DNA of 64,000 nucleotides from Thermoanaerobaculia bacterium (GTDB taxonomy: Bacteria > Acidobacteriota > Thermoanaerobaculia > UBA5066). The notes under the pieces were generated by a model. The model did no database searches. It saw only the letters and a list, made by a program, of their open reading frames with translations, and was not told the origin of the DNA. How positions within the stretch are numbered: the stretch's first letter is position 1; every line of letters starts with the position of its first letter. The position numbers and the translations under genes are program-made. Below are positions 17,632-27,408 of the stretch, one piece after another. The stretch covers positions 576,001 to 640,000 of the forward strand of contig CAVRAY010000002.1 in NCBI GenBank assembly GCA_963719225.1, read 5' to 3'.

Positions 17632-19313
17632 TCGAGCACCGGTCTCCGATCAGCGGCATCGCGGCCGGGCCGGGTGGAAGAGTCGCGACGGCCGGGTACG
17701 ACAACCTCGTCATCCTGTGGGAGGGCCGCCGCGCTCTCGCGCGCGCCGCGCACGACCACCTCGCGAACCAGTGCGCCTTCGACGCGACCGGCCGCTTCCT
17801 CGTGAGCGCGAGCAGCGACTACACGGCGCGCGTGTGGAGCGTGCCGGAACTCAGGCTTCTCGCCGTCCTCGGAGACCACGAGGACGATGTCGAGATGGCG
17901 GTCTTCGACCCCTCCGGGACGCGCGTCGCGACGGCCTCGCGCGACCACCGCGTCCGCGTCTTCACGAGGGACGGGACGCTCCTCCGGCGTCTCGAGGGGC
18001 ACGCGGCCGACGTGATCTCCGTGGCGTGGGACGCGGCGGGCGACGTCGTCGTCTCGAGCAGCGACGACGGGACCGTGCGGTACTGGGACGCGGGAGCGGG
18101 CACGCTTCGGAAGACCGTCGCCCTCGGGGCCGAGACGGACACGGTCGTCGTCGGGGAGGACGGCACGCTCTTCGCAGGCGACGACCGCGGCGACATCGTC
18201 GTCATCACCCCGGCCGCGACGCGCCGCGTGAAGGCGCACGCGGCGGGCGTCAAGCGCCTCGCCGTCGACCGCGGCGGCAGGACGCTCGCCTCGAGCAGCT
18301 ACGACCGGACGCTTCGGACGTGGCGGATCACGCGCGGCGCTCTCGAGCCCGCGTTCACGACGACCCTGCCGGAGGCCGCGTGGGCGCGCAGCGTGACGTT
18401 CGCGGACGACGGCCGTGTCCTCGTCGGGACGTTCGGGACGACCTTCGCGGTCCTCGACCCCTCGAGTGGGGCGTGGGACCTCGACGGCGTGCGCGCCACG
18501 CCGGGGCTGAACTCCTTGCACGGGGCCGGCGGCTGCGTGTTCGCGGTGGGCGACGCCGGGCGCGTCTTCCGCAACGGCGCCGAGCTCGCGCGTCTCGGCA
18601 GCCCGTGCAACTTCGTGACGACGTGGCGCGGCCGCGTGCTCGCGGGCGGGCACCTCGGCGCGCTGTTCGACTGCGAGACGGGCGAGGTCCTGCACCGGCA
18701 CCTCTCGCCGCTGAACTGCGCGGCGGCTCTCGCCGACGGAGACCTCCTCGTCGGAACGTACACGGGCGAGGGCCTCCGGCTGAGGGAGGACGGCGACGCG
18801 CTCCGGCTCGTCGAGACGCGGCGCCTGCACGAGCAGGCCGTCAAGGGCGTCGCGGCCTCCGGGGACCGCGTTTTCAGCGTGAGCGCCGCCGGGGACGCCG
18901 GGCTTCACACGTTCGGGGAAGCCGCGGAGTCGAGGCGAATGCCGGCCGCCCACGACAAGATTGCGAACGCCGTCTGCGCTCTCCGGGACGGTCGCTTCGC
19001 GTCCGTGAGCCGCGACCGGAATCTGCGCCTGTGGACGGGGGAGCGCGCCGAGGTCGTTCCGACGCCGCACGCGCACTCGGTCAAGTGCGTCGCGGCGACG
19101 TCGGACGGACGTCACGTGGCGACGGGCGCCTACGACGGCACCGTGGCGCTCTTCGACCTCGAGACGGCGGCGTGGGGGCCTCTCGCGCGACCGACGTGCG
19201 CGGGCATCTCGTCTCTCTGCGCGGCGCCCGGGAAGGACGCCGTGCTCGCGGGCGCGTTCGACGGGAGCGTCCACCGCGTCGACGCGGCGGGCCGGACGGA
19301 GACCTGGCCATGA
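17628..19313 (+). CDS. WD40 repeat protein
   Basis: GTGA overlap; ATAGYDN, SASSDYTARVW, GHAADV..SSSDDGTVRYWD repeats. Confidence 0.9.
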   Translation: MIEHRSPISGIAAGPGGRVATAGYDNLVILWEGRRALARAAHDHLANQCAFDATGRFLVSASSDYTARVWSVPELRLLAVLGDHEDDVEMAVFDPSGTRVATASRDHRVRVFTRDGTLLRRLEGHAADVISVAWDAAGDVVVSSSDDGTVRYWDAGAGTLRKTVALGAETDTVVVGEDGTLFAGDDRGDIVVITPAATRRVKAHAAGVKRLAVDRGGRTLASSSYDRTLRTWRITRGALEPAFTTTLPEAAWARSVTFADDGRVLVGTFGTTFAVLDPSSGAWDLDGVRATPGLNSLHGAGGCVFAVGDAGRVFRNGAELARLGSPCNFVTTWRGRVLAGGHLGALFDCETGEVLHRHLSPLNCAAALADGDLLVGTYTGEGLRLREDGDALRLVETRRLHEQAVKGVAASGDRVFSVSAAGDAGLHTFGEAAESRRMPAAHDKIANAVCALRDGRFASVSRDRNLRLWTGERAEVVPTPHAHSVKCVAATSDGRHVATGAYDGTVALFDLETAAWGPLARPTCAGISSLCAAPGKDAVLAGAFDGSVHRVDAAGRTETWP

Positions 19314-21160
19314 ACATGCAGAACCGCCTCCTGCGCGTCGTCTACTCCCGGACGCACGACGTCCTCATCGGCTCGGACGTAAAGGGCCGCGTGCACAAGT
19401 TCGATCCGGACCTCAACCTCCTGCAGTCCTCGCCCGTCCCGACGTACGACAGGCCCGTGAACGCGATCTGCCTGACGGAGAAGTACGTCTTCACGAAGGA
19501 CCGCTTCGGCGCCATCGGCAAGTGGGACCTCGAGACGCTCCTCCCGCTCGACTTCTGGGACGGGAGGCTCGTCTGCGACCGGGCGGGGCTCCTCGAGGAC
19601 GAGGAGCCGTCGCCGTCGCCGAACCGCGCGATCGCGTACCTCAACGGCCGCCTCTACACTCCGAACGCGTACAACCAGTTCGTCGTCCTCGACGCCGAGA
19701 CGTTCGAGATCCTCGACATCCGGCCGTCGCCATCGAAGACATACGTGGACTGCATCTGCGTCGACGCGCCGGACGTGCAGGCGGTCTCGGACGTCGTCGG
19801 GAACCTCTTCATCGGCGATCTCGAGAAGAACGACTTTCCCGTCCAGCGCAGGGTGGACACGGGCGTCGTGCACGGCGTCGTCTGGGACCGCCGGCACGAT
19901 CGCTTCTGGACGACGCAGGACGGCGGCCTCGGCGAGGACCGGTGCGTGAGGACCGGCGTCACGACGCTCGAGAAGGACGGTTCCCTCTTCCGCGAGTTCA
20001 AGCTCTCGCACGAGGACAACGAGTTCATCGCGGCCGAGCCCGAGGGGCGATACGTCTTCGCGGGAGGCTTCAACGGGAAGATCGGCGTCTTCGACAACAC
20101 GGAGCGGGACTTCAAGCTCGAGCGCGTGATCGGCCCGCTCGACTTCCAGATCATCTCGGCGACCGTCGCCTCGAAGGACCAAATCTACGCGCTCCTGCAG
20201 ACAGGGGACATCCTCAAGCTGGACCGCGAGGGGAGAGAGCTCGCGCGCACGCGCTTCGCGAACCGCTGCGTCTGGACCCTCGAGCCGCACCCTTCGGACG
20301 CGTCGCTGCTTTACGCGGGCACGGACGCCGGCGTCGCGCTCCTGCGCTACGGCCCGGGCCGCTTCGAGTCCGTGCGGATCGAGCAGCTCGCCCACCACGC
20401 GCTCGGCCTCGGCATCGTGAAGGACGTCCGGCCGTTCCCGGACGGCTCTTTCATCGGCGTCTCGCGCAAGGGCTGGCTCTTCAGGGCGGACCGTGACGGG
20501 CGCATCCTCTGGCAGCGCCGCGTCGCGGGCGTCCCGCGAGGCTGCGCGGCGGGTCCGGGCTGGGACCGCGCCCTCTTCTCCTCGGACGCGGGCTCCGCGT
20601 GGGAGCTCGACGCCCGAAGCGGAGAGGTCCTCGACGAGATTCCCGTCGGGAGCCCCTCCTACGCGTGCGTCTACGCGGGCGACGGGCGCCGCGTCGTGAC
20701 GGCCGACGCCGGCCAGCAGGTCCTCGTCTACGCGGCCGACTCGCACGAGATCCTCGGGGCCGTCCGCGGCTTCAAGTACCGCCTCAAGCGCATCGGGCGG
20801 CTCTCGAACGGCGAGATCTTCGTCGTCGGGCCCGACGGTTTCTTCGAGCTCGACCTCGAGGCCTACGCCGTGAGACGGTCGTACGGAGACTTCCTCGTTT
20901 CGACGAAAGAGAACGGCGTCCTGTGCGACGGGTTTCTCCACGTCGGCGGGTACGGCTACCAGGTCGGGACGTACCGGCACGAAACCGGCGAGATCGTGGA
21001 CCTCAAGGAGAACCTCCCGGACTTCACGAAGGCATTCGCGGCGCGCGTGCCCGAGGACGGCGTCCCGATCCTCCTCGTCGGCGGGCGCGGCGGCTTCGTC
21101 AACGCCTACCGCGTCGTGGGCGGCGTGCCGCAGAAGGTCCGCGAGTTCTATGTCCGCTGA
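19310..21160 (+). CDS. Divergent beta-propeller (WD40-like) protein, 616 aa
   Basis: ATGA overlap; repeated beta-strand/turn blades; no signal peptide. Confidence 0.8.
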   Translation: MNMQNRLLRVVYSRTHDVLIGSDVKGRVHKFDPDLNLLQSSPVPTYDRPVNAICLTEKYVFTKDRFGAIGKWDLETLLPLDFWDGRLVCDRAGLLEDEEPSPSPNRAIAYLNGRLYTPNAYNQFVVLDAETFEILDIRPSPSKTYVDCICVDAPDVQAVSDVVGNLFIGDLEKNDFPVQRRVDTGVVHGVVWDRRHDRFWTTQDGGLGEDRCVRTGVTTLEKDGSLFREFKLSHEDNEFIAAEPEGRYVFAGGFNGKIGVFDNTERDFKLERVIGPLDFQIISATVASKDQIYALLQTGDILKLDREGRELARTRFANRCVWTLEPHPSDASLLYAGTDAGVALLRYGPGRFESVRIEQLAHHALGLGIVKDVRPFPDGSFIGVSRKGWLFRADRDGRILWQRRVAGVPRGCAAGPGWDRALFSSDAGSAWELDARSGEVLDEIPVGSPSYACVYAGDGRRVVTADAGQQVLVYAADSHEILGAVRGFKYRLKRIGRLSNGEIFVVGPDGFFELDLEAYAVRRSYGDFLVSTKENGVLCDGFLHVGGYGYQVGTYRHETGEIVDLKENLPDFTKAFAARVPEDGVPILLVGGRGGFVNAYRVVGGVPQKVREFYVR

Positions 21161-21181
21161 CGGGGCGCGCGAGGTGGCCGG

Positions 21182-21793
21182 GTGAGGACGTACACCGTCC
21201 TTTCGGGCAGCACGCGGACGAACAGCCAGACGGCGAAGGTCGCGCGCTGGGTCGCCGCGGAGCTCGCGAGGACCGACCCCGAGTGTGTGGTCGAGCTCCA
21301 CGACCTCTGCGAGACGGCTCTGCCCGCCTGGCGGGAGGAGTTCTGGGACGACGCGGTGCCGCCGGACGCCGGGTGGGCGAAGCTCGCGGCGTCGCTGACG
21401 CGGAGCGAGGGCCTCGTCTTCGTGACGCCGGAGTGGTGCGGCATGGCGCCTCCGGCCCTCATGAACGTCTTCCTTCTCGCGAGCCGCGGGGAGCTCGCCC
21501 ACAAACCCGCCCTCATCGTGGGCGTCTCGGCGACGAACGGAGGCGCGTACCCGGTGGCCGAGCTGCGCGCGTTCGGCGGGAAGAACACGCAAGTCGTCTA
21601 CATTCCGGACCACGTCGTCGTGCGGCGCGCGGCCCGCGTCCTGAACGGACCAGAGCCCGCGAACGACGACGACGCGGCCCTGCGCGAACGCATCGCCTAC
21701 AGCCTGAGGATCCTGTGCGTCTACGCGCAGGCCTTCACGCTGATCCGGGGGAGCGGCGTGATCGACCTCGAGACCTATCCGTATGGGATGTGA
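21182..21793 (+). CDS. NAD(P)H-dependent FMN reductase (flavodoxin fold)
   Basis: GSTRTNSQT, VTPEW.G, HKPALIVGVS..GGAYP. Confidence 0.9.
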   Translation: MRTYTVLSGSTRTNSQTAKVARWVAAELARTDPECVVELHDLCETALPAWREEFWDDAVPPDAGWAKLAASLTRSEGLVFVTPEWCGMAPPALMNVFLLASRGELAHKPALIVGVSATNGGAYPVAELRAFGGKNTQVVYIPDHVVVRRAARVLNGPEPANDDDAALRERIAYSLRILCVYAQAFTLIRGSGVIDLETYPYGM

Positions 21794-21794
21794 G

Positions 21795-22418
21795 ATGGAG
21801 GCCGATCCCGGCCGGTACGTCGGGATCCTCCGGGACGCGTTCCGGAAACACTACGTGGAGAGCTCGGACGTCTGGACGGACGACCTCGCGATGCGCGTGC
21901 TCCCGCCGATCGTGCAGGGCCGGCTCAAGCTGCCGCGGGAGACGCGCGTCCTCGACGTCGGCTGCGGCGCCGGGCGCGACGTCGCGTACTTCGCCGAGGT
22001 GTTCGACACCGTCGTCGGTCTCGACATCCACCCGCACCCGGGCTGGGAGGACGTTCGGCGAGCGGCGCCGAACGTCCGCTTCGTCTGCGAGGGCCTGCTC
22101 GAGCACGACGGGGCGTACGACCTCGTCGTCGACAACGGGTGCTTCCACCATCAGCACCCGGACCACGCCCGGCCGTACCTCGAGCGCGTCGCACGGCTCG
22201 CCGCGGGCGGCGGGTTCTACGTCCTCTCGACGTTCAAGAACGACGCGCTCGCCTCGCGCGTCGACGCGAACGGCCGGCTTCACCGGTACTTCTCGGACGC
22301 GGAGCTGCACGGCGCGCTGGAAGCCCCGGGCTTCACCGTGTTCGACGAGCTGGACGTCTGGCGAAACCGCCACCGCGACTATTACCGGCTCACGTTCTGC
22401 AAGACCAAGGGGGCTTGA
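21795..22418 (+). CDS. Class I SAM-dependent methyltransferase
   Basis: VLDVGCGAGRD, YDLVVDNGCFHH; alternative start 21783. Confidence 0.9.
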   Translation: MEADPGRYVGILRDAFRKHYVESSDVWTDDLAMRVLPPIVQGRLKLPRETRVLDVGCGAGRDVAYFAEVFDTVVGLDIHPHPGWEDVRRAAPNVRFVCEGLLEHDGAYDLVVDNGCFHHQHPDHARPYLERVARLAAGGGFYVLSTFKNDALASRVDANGRLHRYFSDAELHGALEAPGFTVFDELDVWRNRHRDYYRLTFCKTKGA

Positions 22419-22451
22419 GCCGCGCCGGGCGGCCTTTCCGGGAAAAGGGGG

Positions 22452-22592
22452 TATACTCTTCCGCGTTCGCCCTCCCTCCCATTGACGGAGCGGACCGAGA
22501 ACCGAAAGGTCCCCGTCGACCTCAACCGATACCTCCCCACCATCTTTCAATCGCGCGCGTCCATTCGGCCGTGCGTTTCCTTAAGGAACCCC
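22452..22592 (+). promoter_or_regulatory. -10 box (TATACT) and conserved structured 5' leader of RRM gene 2
   Basis: Aligns with 7292..7428. Confidence 0.65.
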
Positions 22593-22883
<291 letters not shown>

Positions 22884-22912
22884 CGCGTCACGACTCAACC
22901 CGTCTTCTGTTC

Positions 22913-22945
22913 GGCGCCGGTGCGGAAACGCCCCGGCGCCTTTTT
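22913..22945 (+). terminator. Rho-independent terminator
   Basis: GGCGCCGG..GAAA..CCGGCGCC followed by TTTTT. Confidence 0.85.
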
Positions 22946-23018
22946 CTTCACGCTCCGGCGTGGCGCGTTCGACCCCGCGCGCGCCGCGCGAGCCCGCTCT
23001 CGCAGTAGGCTCGCCTCC

Positions 23019-23912
23019 ATCCGGAAGCGCCTCGCTCTCGCCGCGCTCCTCGTCGCGCCGTTTCTTTCGGCGGCCGAGCCGACGCGTCTCGTCTTCGAGC
23101 CGCAGCCCGGTCTGCCGCCTTCGGCGAACCGGCTCGCTCCGGGGCCGCGGCCGTGGGTCGCGGGCGTGATGGATCTCGTGGGCCTCGACTCGCCGGGGCC
23201 GGACGTCCACGTCCTCGTCGCGCCGGAGTCCTCGCCGCTCGCCCGCAACGTGCCGGCGTGGGTCACGGGGTACACGGACGGCGTCTCGAACGTCGTCGTC
23301 GTCCTCGCCGAGCGCACGCCGTCGTATCCGGACGGCGGCCTCGAGGAGGTGCTCGCGCACGAGGTCGCGCACGTCCTCATCCACCGCGCGAGCGGCGGGA
23401 GGCCCCTCCCGCGCTGGTTCGACGAGGGCCTCGCGATGCTCGCGGCGCGCTCGTGGCGCCTGCGCGACCAGACCGAGCTCGCGCTCGGCCTCCTGTGGGG
23501 CCCGCGCGTGCCGCTCTGGAAGCTCGACGACCTCTTCCGGGGAGACCGCCGGGAAGTCGAACGCGGCTACGCGCTCGCGGGCACGCTCGTCCAGGACCTC
23601 ATCGAGCGCGACGGCCCGGCGATGCCGCGGATCGTGCTCGCGCGCGTCGCGCGCGGGGACACGTTCGACGAGGCGTTCCGCGGGGCGACGGGCGCGTCCC
23701 TGATCGACGTGGGCGAGGCGTTCTGGGAACGGCAGGCGACGCTGAAACGCTGGCTGCCCGTCCTGACGAGCACGGCGGCGCTGTGGTTCGGGATCTCGAT
23801 CCTCGCGATTCTCGCCGCGTTCCGCAGGCGGCGGAAACGGGTGGCGCTCGCGGACGCGTTGGACGAGCCGGCCGCGGCGGACCTCGAGCCGCCGGACGAG
23901 ACGGTGAACTGA
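23019..23912 (+). CDS. Peptidase MA-like zinc metallopeptidase with C-terminal TM anchor
   Basis: HEVAH, PRWFDEGLA; start uncertain (ATC at 23019 gives a clean signal peptide). Confidence 0.85.
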   Translation: MRKRLALAALLVAPFLSAAEPTRLVFEPQPGLPPSANRLAPGPRPWVAGVMDLVGLDSPGPDVHVLVAPESSPLARNVPAWVTGYTDGVSNVVVVLAERTPSYPDGGLEEVLAHEVAHVLIHRASGGRPLPRWFDEGLAMLAARSWRLRDQTELALGLLWGPRVPLWKLDDLFRGDRREVERGYALAGTLVQDLIERDGPAMPRIVLARVARGDTFDEAFRGATGASLIDVGEAFWERQATLKRWLPVLTSTAALWFGISILAILAAFRRRRKRVALADALDEPAAADLEPPDETVN

Positions 23913-23953
23913 AACCTCCCGCTCCGCTCGGCGCGGCCTCTAGACTGCGCCGC

Positions 23954-24595
23954 GTGGACACTTCGCCCGATCGCGTGGCGGACCTCGTTGCCCTCGTCGG
24001 GCCGATCGACATCTACCTCTTCGATCAGATCCAGCGCGGCAGGGTCCCGGCCGGCAGCGTCGTTTTCGACGCGGGCTGCGGCACGGGGCGGAACCTCGTC
24101 TTCTTCCTGCGCGCGGGCTTCGACGTTCGCGCGGTAGACCCCGATCCCGAGGCGATCCACGCCGTCCGCGCGCTCGCCGCTGCGCTCGCGCCCCGGCTCC
24201 CCGCGGACCACTTCCGGGCCGAGCCGCTCGAGGCCCATGGCTTTCCGGACGCGTCCGCGGATTTCGTGATCGCGAGCGCCGTCCTTCACTTCGCCCGCGA
24301 CGAGGCGCACTTCCGCGCGATGCTCGGTGGCTGCTGGCGGGTCCTCAGACCCGGCGGCGTCTTTTTCGCCCGGCTGGCCTCGACGATCGGGATGGAGGGG
24401 CGCTTCACGCCGCTCGGAAGCGGCCGTTTCGCGCTCCCCGACGGAAGCGAGCGATTTCTCGTCGACGGGGGGACGCTGACGGCGCTCACCGCGGAGCTCG
24501 GCGGCGCGCTCCTCGACCCGCTGAAGACGACCGTCGTGACGGATCGCCGTTGCATGACGACGTGGGTCGTGCGCCGGAACCGAACCTTTCCCTGA
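23954..24595 (+). CDS. Class I SAM-dependent methyltransferase
   Basis: IDIYLFDQI, DAGCGTGRN, SAVLHFA, VLRPGG. Confidence 0.9.
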   Translation: MDTSPDRVADLVALVGPIDIYLFDQIQRGRVPAGSVVFDAGCGTGRNLVFFLRAGFDVRAVDPDPEAIHAVRALAAALAPRLPADHFRAEPLEAHGFPDASADFVIASAVLHFARDEAHFRAMLGGCWRVLRPGGVFFARLASTIGMEGRFTPLGSGRFALPDGSERFLVDGGTLTALTAELGGALLDPLKTTVVTDRRCMTTWVVRRNRTFP

Positions 24596-24731
24596 TCGGG
24601 GCGACGCGGTCCTCTTCATGCCGCACGGGCGCCACGGGACGTACACCGTCACCGGCGCGAAGTACTGAGGCTCGGACGGACCGGTCGCGGCGCGGGTCCG
24701 GGGCATAGACTCGCGTTCCAGGAGGCCGGCC

Positions 24732-25160
24732 ATGCCCTACCGGCTGATCTACTCCTCCGAGGCCGCGCCCGGTCTCGCACCCCCCGAGCTCGAAACGATG
24801 CTCGCCGAGTCGCGGATCCGCAATTCGGCGCACGGGATCACGGGCGTGCTCATCTTCGTGGACGGCGCCTTCCTGCAGATCCTCGAGGGGGAGAAGGCGG
24901 ACGTGCTCGACCTCATGGAGCGGATCGAGAAGGACCCGAGACACAGCGGGATCAAGGTGTTCTACGAACAGGAAGTCGACACCCGCGCCTTCGCCTCGTG
25001 GAGCATGGCCTACCTCAGCCCGCGCAGGGAGGACGTCGCGAAATGGGCGGAGCTCGAGGGAGCGACGACGATCGGGGACGTCCTCGCATCTCTGGGATCC
25101 AGCCCCGGGCGTCTCCCCGGGATGGTCCTGAACATCCTCACCGTGCTCGCCCGCGGGTAG
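24732..25160 (+). CDS. BLUF blue-light sensor domain protein
   Basis: LIYSS, N..HGITGVL, FLQILEG, DPRH, WSM; GGAGG RBS. Confidence 0.93.
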   Translation: MPYRLIYSSEAAPGLAPPELETMLAESRIRNSAHGITGVLIFVDGAFLQILEGEKADVLDLMERIEKDPRHSGIKVFYEQEVDTRAFASWSMAYLSPRREDVAKWAELEGATTIGDVLASLGSSPGRLPGMVLNILTVLARG

Positions 25161-25208
25161 TCCCGGGTCCGGTGCCGATTTCGATCCCGGACCAGATCGA
25201 GCGCGTTC

Positions 25209-25763
25209 CTACTTCATCCCATGGACGATGACGTCGGAAACATCCGAGATCTTCCTGAGCAGGTTCGAGAGCGTCGCGATGAGCTTGCTCATGCGGTCCA
25301 TCGCCATCTGGAGACGCAGCGATTCCATCTCACCCATTCCCGACATGGAATCGATGTCCTTCGTGACGATGATGGCTGCCCGGTAGAGGAGGAGAAAGTC
25401 GAGGGCTTCGGACGTGCCGTGGACCCTCACGTGCGACCAACGGGACCGGACGGCCGCTTCGGCGAGAGCTTCGGGCTCAACGGGCCCCTTCGCGATACCG
25501 GGCGCGGCCTGGCTCACCCAATCCCGGACGGCGGGAGACGCGGCGTTCCAGAGGCGGTCGCCGCGGGCTTTGACGTCGGCCGGAAACGGGGGAGCCTTCG
25601 GGCGCACCTTGACGACGCGTGCTTTGACCGGCGCTCTCGCCGTCGCTCGAGTCGCGGTGTCGCCCGCTCGAGCGATGGGGGCGCCGAGGACGAGGAGAAG
25701 GACGGCCGCGACGGGCCAGGCGCGAGGCCCGAGGCGGCATTTGAGCACGTGGGAGTCTGGCAT
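25209..25763 (-). CDS. Exported hypothetical protein with amphipathic C-terminal helix
   Basis: Signal-like N-terminus; C-terminal DSMSGMGEMESLRLQMAMDRMSKLIATLSNLLRKISD. Confidence 0.65.
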   Translation of the reverse strand: MPDSHVLKCRLGPRAWPVAAVLLLVLGAPIARAGDTATRATARAPVKARVVKVRPKAPPFPADVKARGDRLWNAASPAVRDWVSQAAPGIAKGPVEPEALAEAAVRSRWSHVRVHGTSEALDFLLLYRAAIIVTKDIDSMSGMGEMESLRLQMAMDRMSKLIATLSNLLRKISDVSDVIVHGMK

Positions 25764-25792
25764 TTGCGAACTCCGGTCGGGTTGGCGAATCG

Positions 25793-27334
25793 TCACTGCG
25801 CGTACGGCGCCGTCAGGAGCGCCGCGAGCGTCCTCATGCCGGAGAGGTAGTGGCCCATGCGCAGGTTCTCGTCGTACGCGTGCTGGTTGTTGTCGGGATT
25901 CACGACGGGGACCTGGACGAACGGCGCCTTCAGGGGCCCGACGATCGCGTGCGTCGGGAGCGTGCCGCCCATCATCCGGATGCGGACGAGAGGAGACGCG
26001 GGGAACGCCGCCGCGACCGCGGAGGAGGCCCAGCGGCCGACGGCGGAGTCGAACGGCTGACGCGCCGCTTCCTCGGGGAGATGCGCGTCGAATCGCGCGA
26101 GCTTCGGCCAGCGCGCGCGCTCCTCGTCCGTGGGCTCCCGCGCGACGAGGTGCCAGCCCTGCGCCTCGACGTGCCGCTTCAGGAGGCCGAGCAGGTACTC
26201 CGGGTCGGCCTCGACCGTCGTCCTGAGGTCGAGCTCGGCGACGGCGTCGCGCGGGACGACGTTCGCGGCCTTCTCGCCGACGCTCGCCGAGGCGAGGCCG
26301 CGCACGTTGAGGGACGGGGACTGGAGCGACTCCTGGTACGTCGCGCCGACCCTCTCCGGCCGCGCGATGCCCGTGCGCGCCTTCAGCGCGGCCTCGTCGT
26401 CGGGCACCTCGGCGAGGACCGCGCGGTCGGCGTCCGTCAGGCGCGTCTTCGCGTACCAGCCGGGCACGATCACGCGCCCGTCGTCGTCCTTCATCGTGGC
26501 GAGGAGGCGCGCGAGCCGGAACGCGGGGTTCGGCACCCAGTTGCCGAAATGCCCGCTGTGGAGCGGCGCCCGCGGTCCGAAGACGGTGAGGGTGACGGGG
26601 ACGACGCCGCGGTTGCCGAACGAGAGCGTTGGCCGGCCGGACGCGTGGAGCGGTCCGTCGAGGAGGACGACGGCGTCCGAGGAAAGGAGCGCCGCGTTCG
26701 CGGCGACCGCCGCGGCGATTCCGGGAGAGCCGGCCTCCTCCTCGCTGTCGAGGAGAACCTTCACGTGGACGGCGGGGTCGATCTTCTTCCCGCGGAGGAG
26801 GTCGAAGACCGCGAGGAACATGACGATCGGCCCCTTGTCGTCCGAGGCCGAACGCGCGAAGACGCGCAACTCGGGGTCGAAGTCGGGCTTCAGCAGCTCG
26901 GCGCGGTCGACCTCGTTCCATTTCCCGTCCGCGCCCAGGCGCTTCACGACGGGCTGCCACGGGTCCTTCTGCGCCCACTGCGACGGGACGACGGGCTGGC
27001 CGTCGAAGTGGATGTAGAAGAGGACGGTCTTCTCCCGCGCGCGGGGCGCACCGTACTCGGCGAAAACGAGCGGGCGGCCGCCGTTCTCGAGCGCCCGCGT
27101 CGCGAATCCGCGCTTCCGGAATGCCGCCTCGAGCCAGTCCGCGTTCCGGCGGACGTCCGCCGGGCGGATGGAGTCGTTCGGGATCGCGAGGAGGTCGAGA
27201 TACTCGGGGAAGCTCGCGGCCGCCGCGGCGGCGATCGACGCGTCGTCGACGCCGGGCGGAAGAGCGGCGGCGGCAGGCGGAGCCCACGCGGCGAGCGCGG
27301 CGACGAGCCACGGGACGGCGAAACGAGAGCTCAT
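25793..27334 (-). CDS. M20/M25/M40 metallopeptidase, secreted
   Basis: HFDGQP, RSASDDKGP, SEEE, HSGHFG, NQHAYDEN. Confidence 0.92.
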   Translation of the reverse strand: MSSRFAVPWLVAALAAWAPPAAAALPPGVDDASIAAAAAASFPEYLDLLAIPNDSIRPADVRRNADWLEAAFRKRGFATRALENGGRPLVFAEYGAPRAREKTVLFYIHFDGQPVVPSQWAQKDPWQPVVKRLGADGKWNEVDRAELLKPDFDPELRVFARSASDDKGPIVMFLAVFDLLRGKKIDPAVHVKVLLDSEEEAGSPGIAAAVAANAALLSSDAVVLLDGPLHASGRPTLSFGNRGVVPVTLTVFGPRAPLHSGHFGNWVPNPAFRLARLLATMKDDDGRVIVPGWYAKTRLTDADRAVLAEVPDDEAALKARTGIARPERVGATYQESLQSPSLNVRGLASASVGEKAANVVPRDAVAELDLRTTVEADPEYLLGLLKRHVEAQGWHLVAREPTDEERARWPKLARFDAHLPEEAARQPFDSAVGRWASSAVAAAFPASPLVRIRMMGGTLPTHAIVGPLKAPFVQVPVVNPDNNQHAYDENLRMGHYLSGMRTLAALLTAPYAQ

Positions 27335-27408
27335 GAGGAGGCCTCCCGACGGCGACTCTACCGCCGCCGCAGGAGTAGAGTGGCGACGGAGCGGTCGCGG
27401 AGGACACC

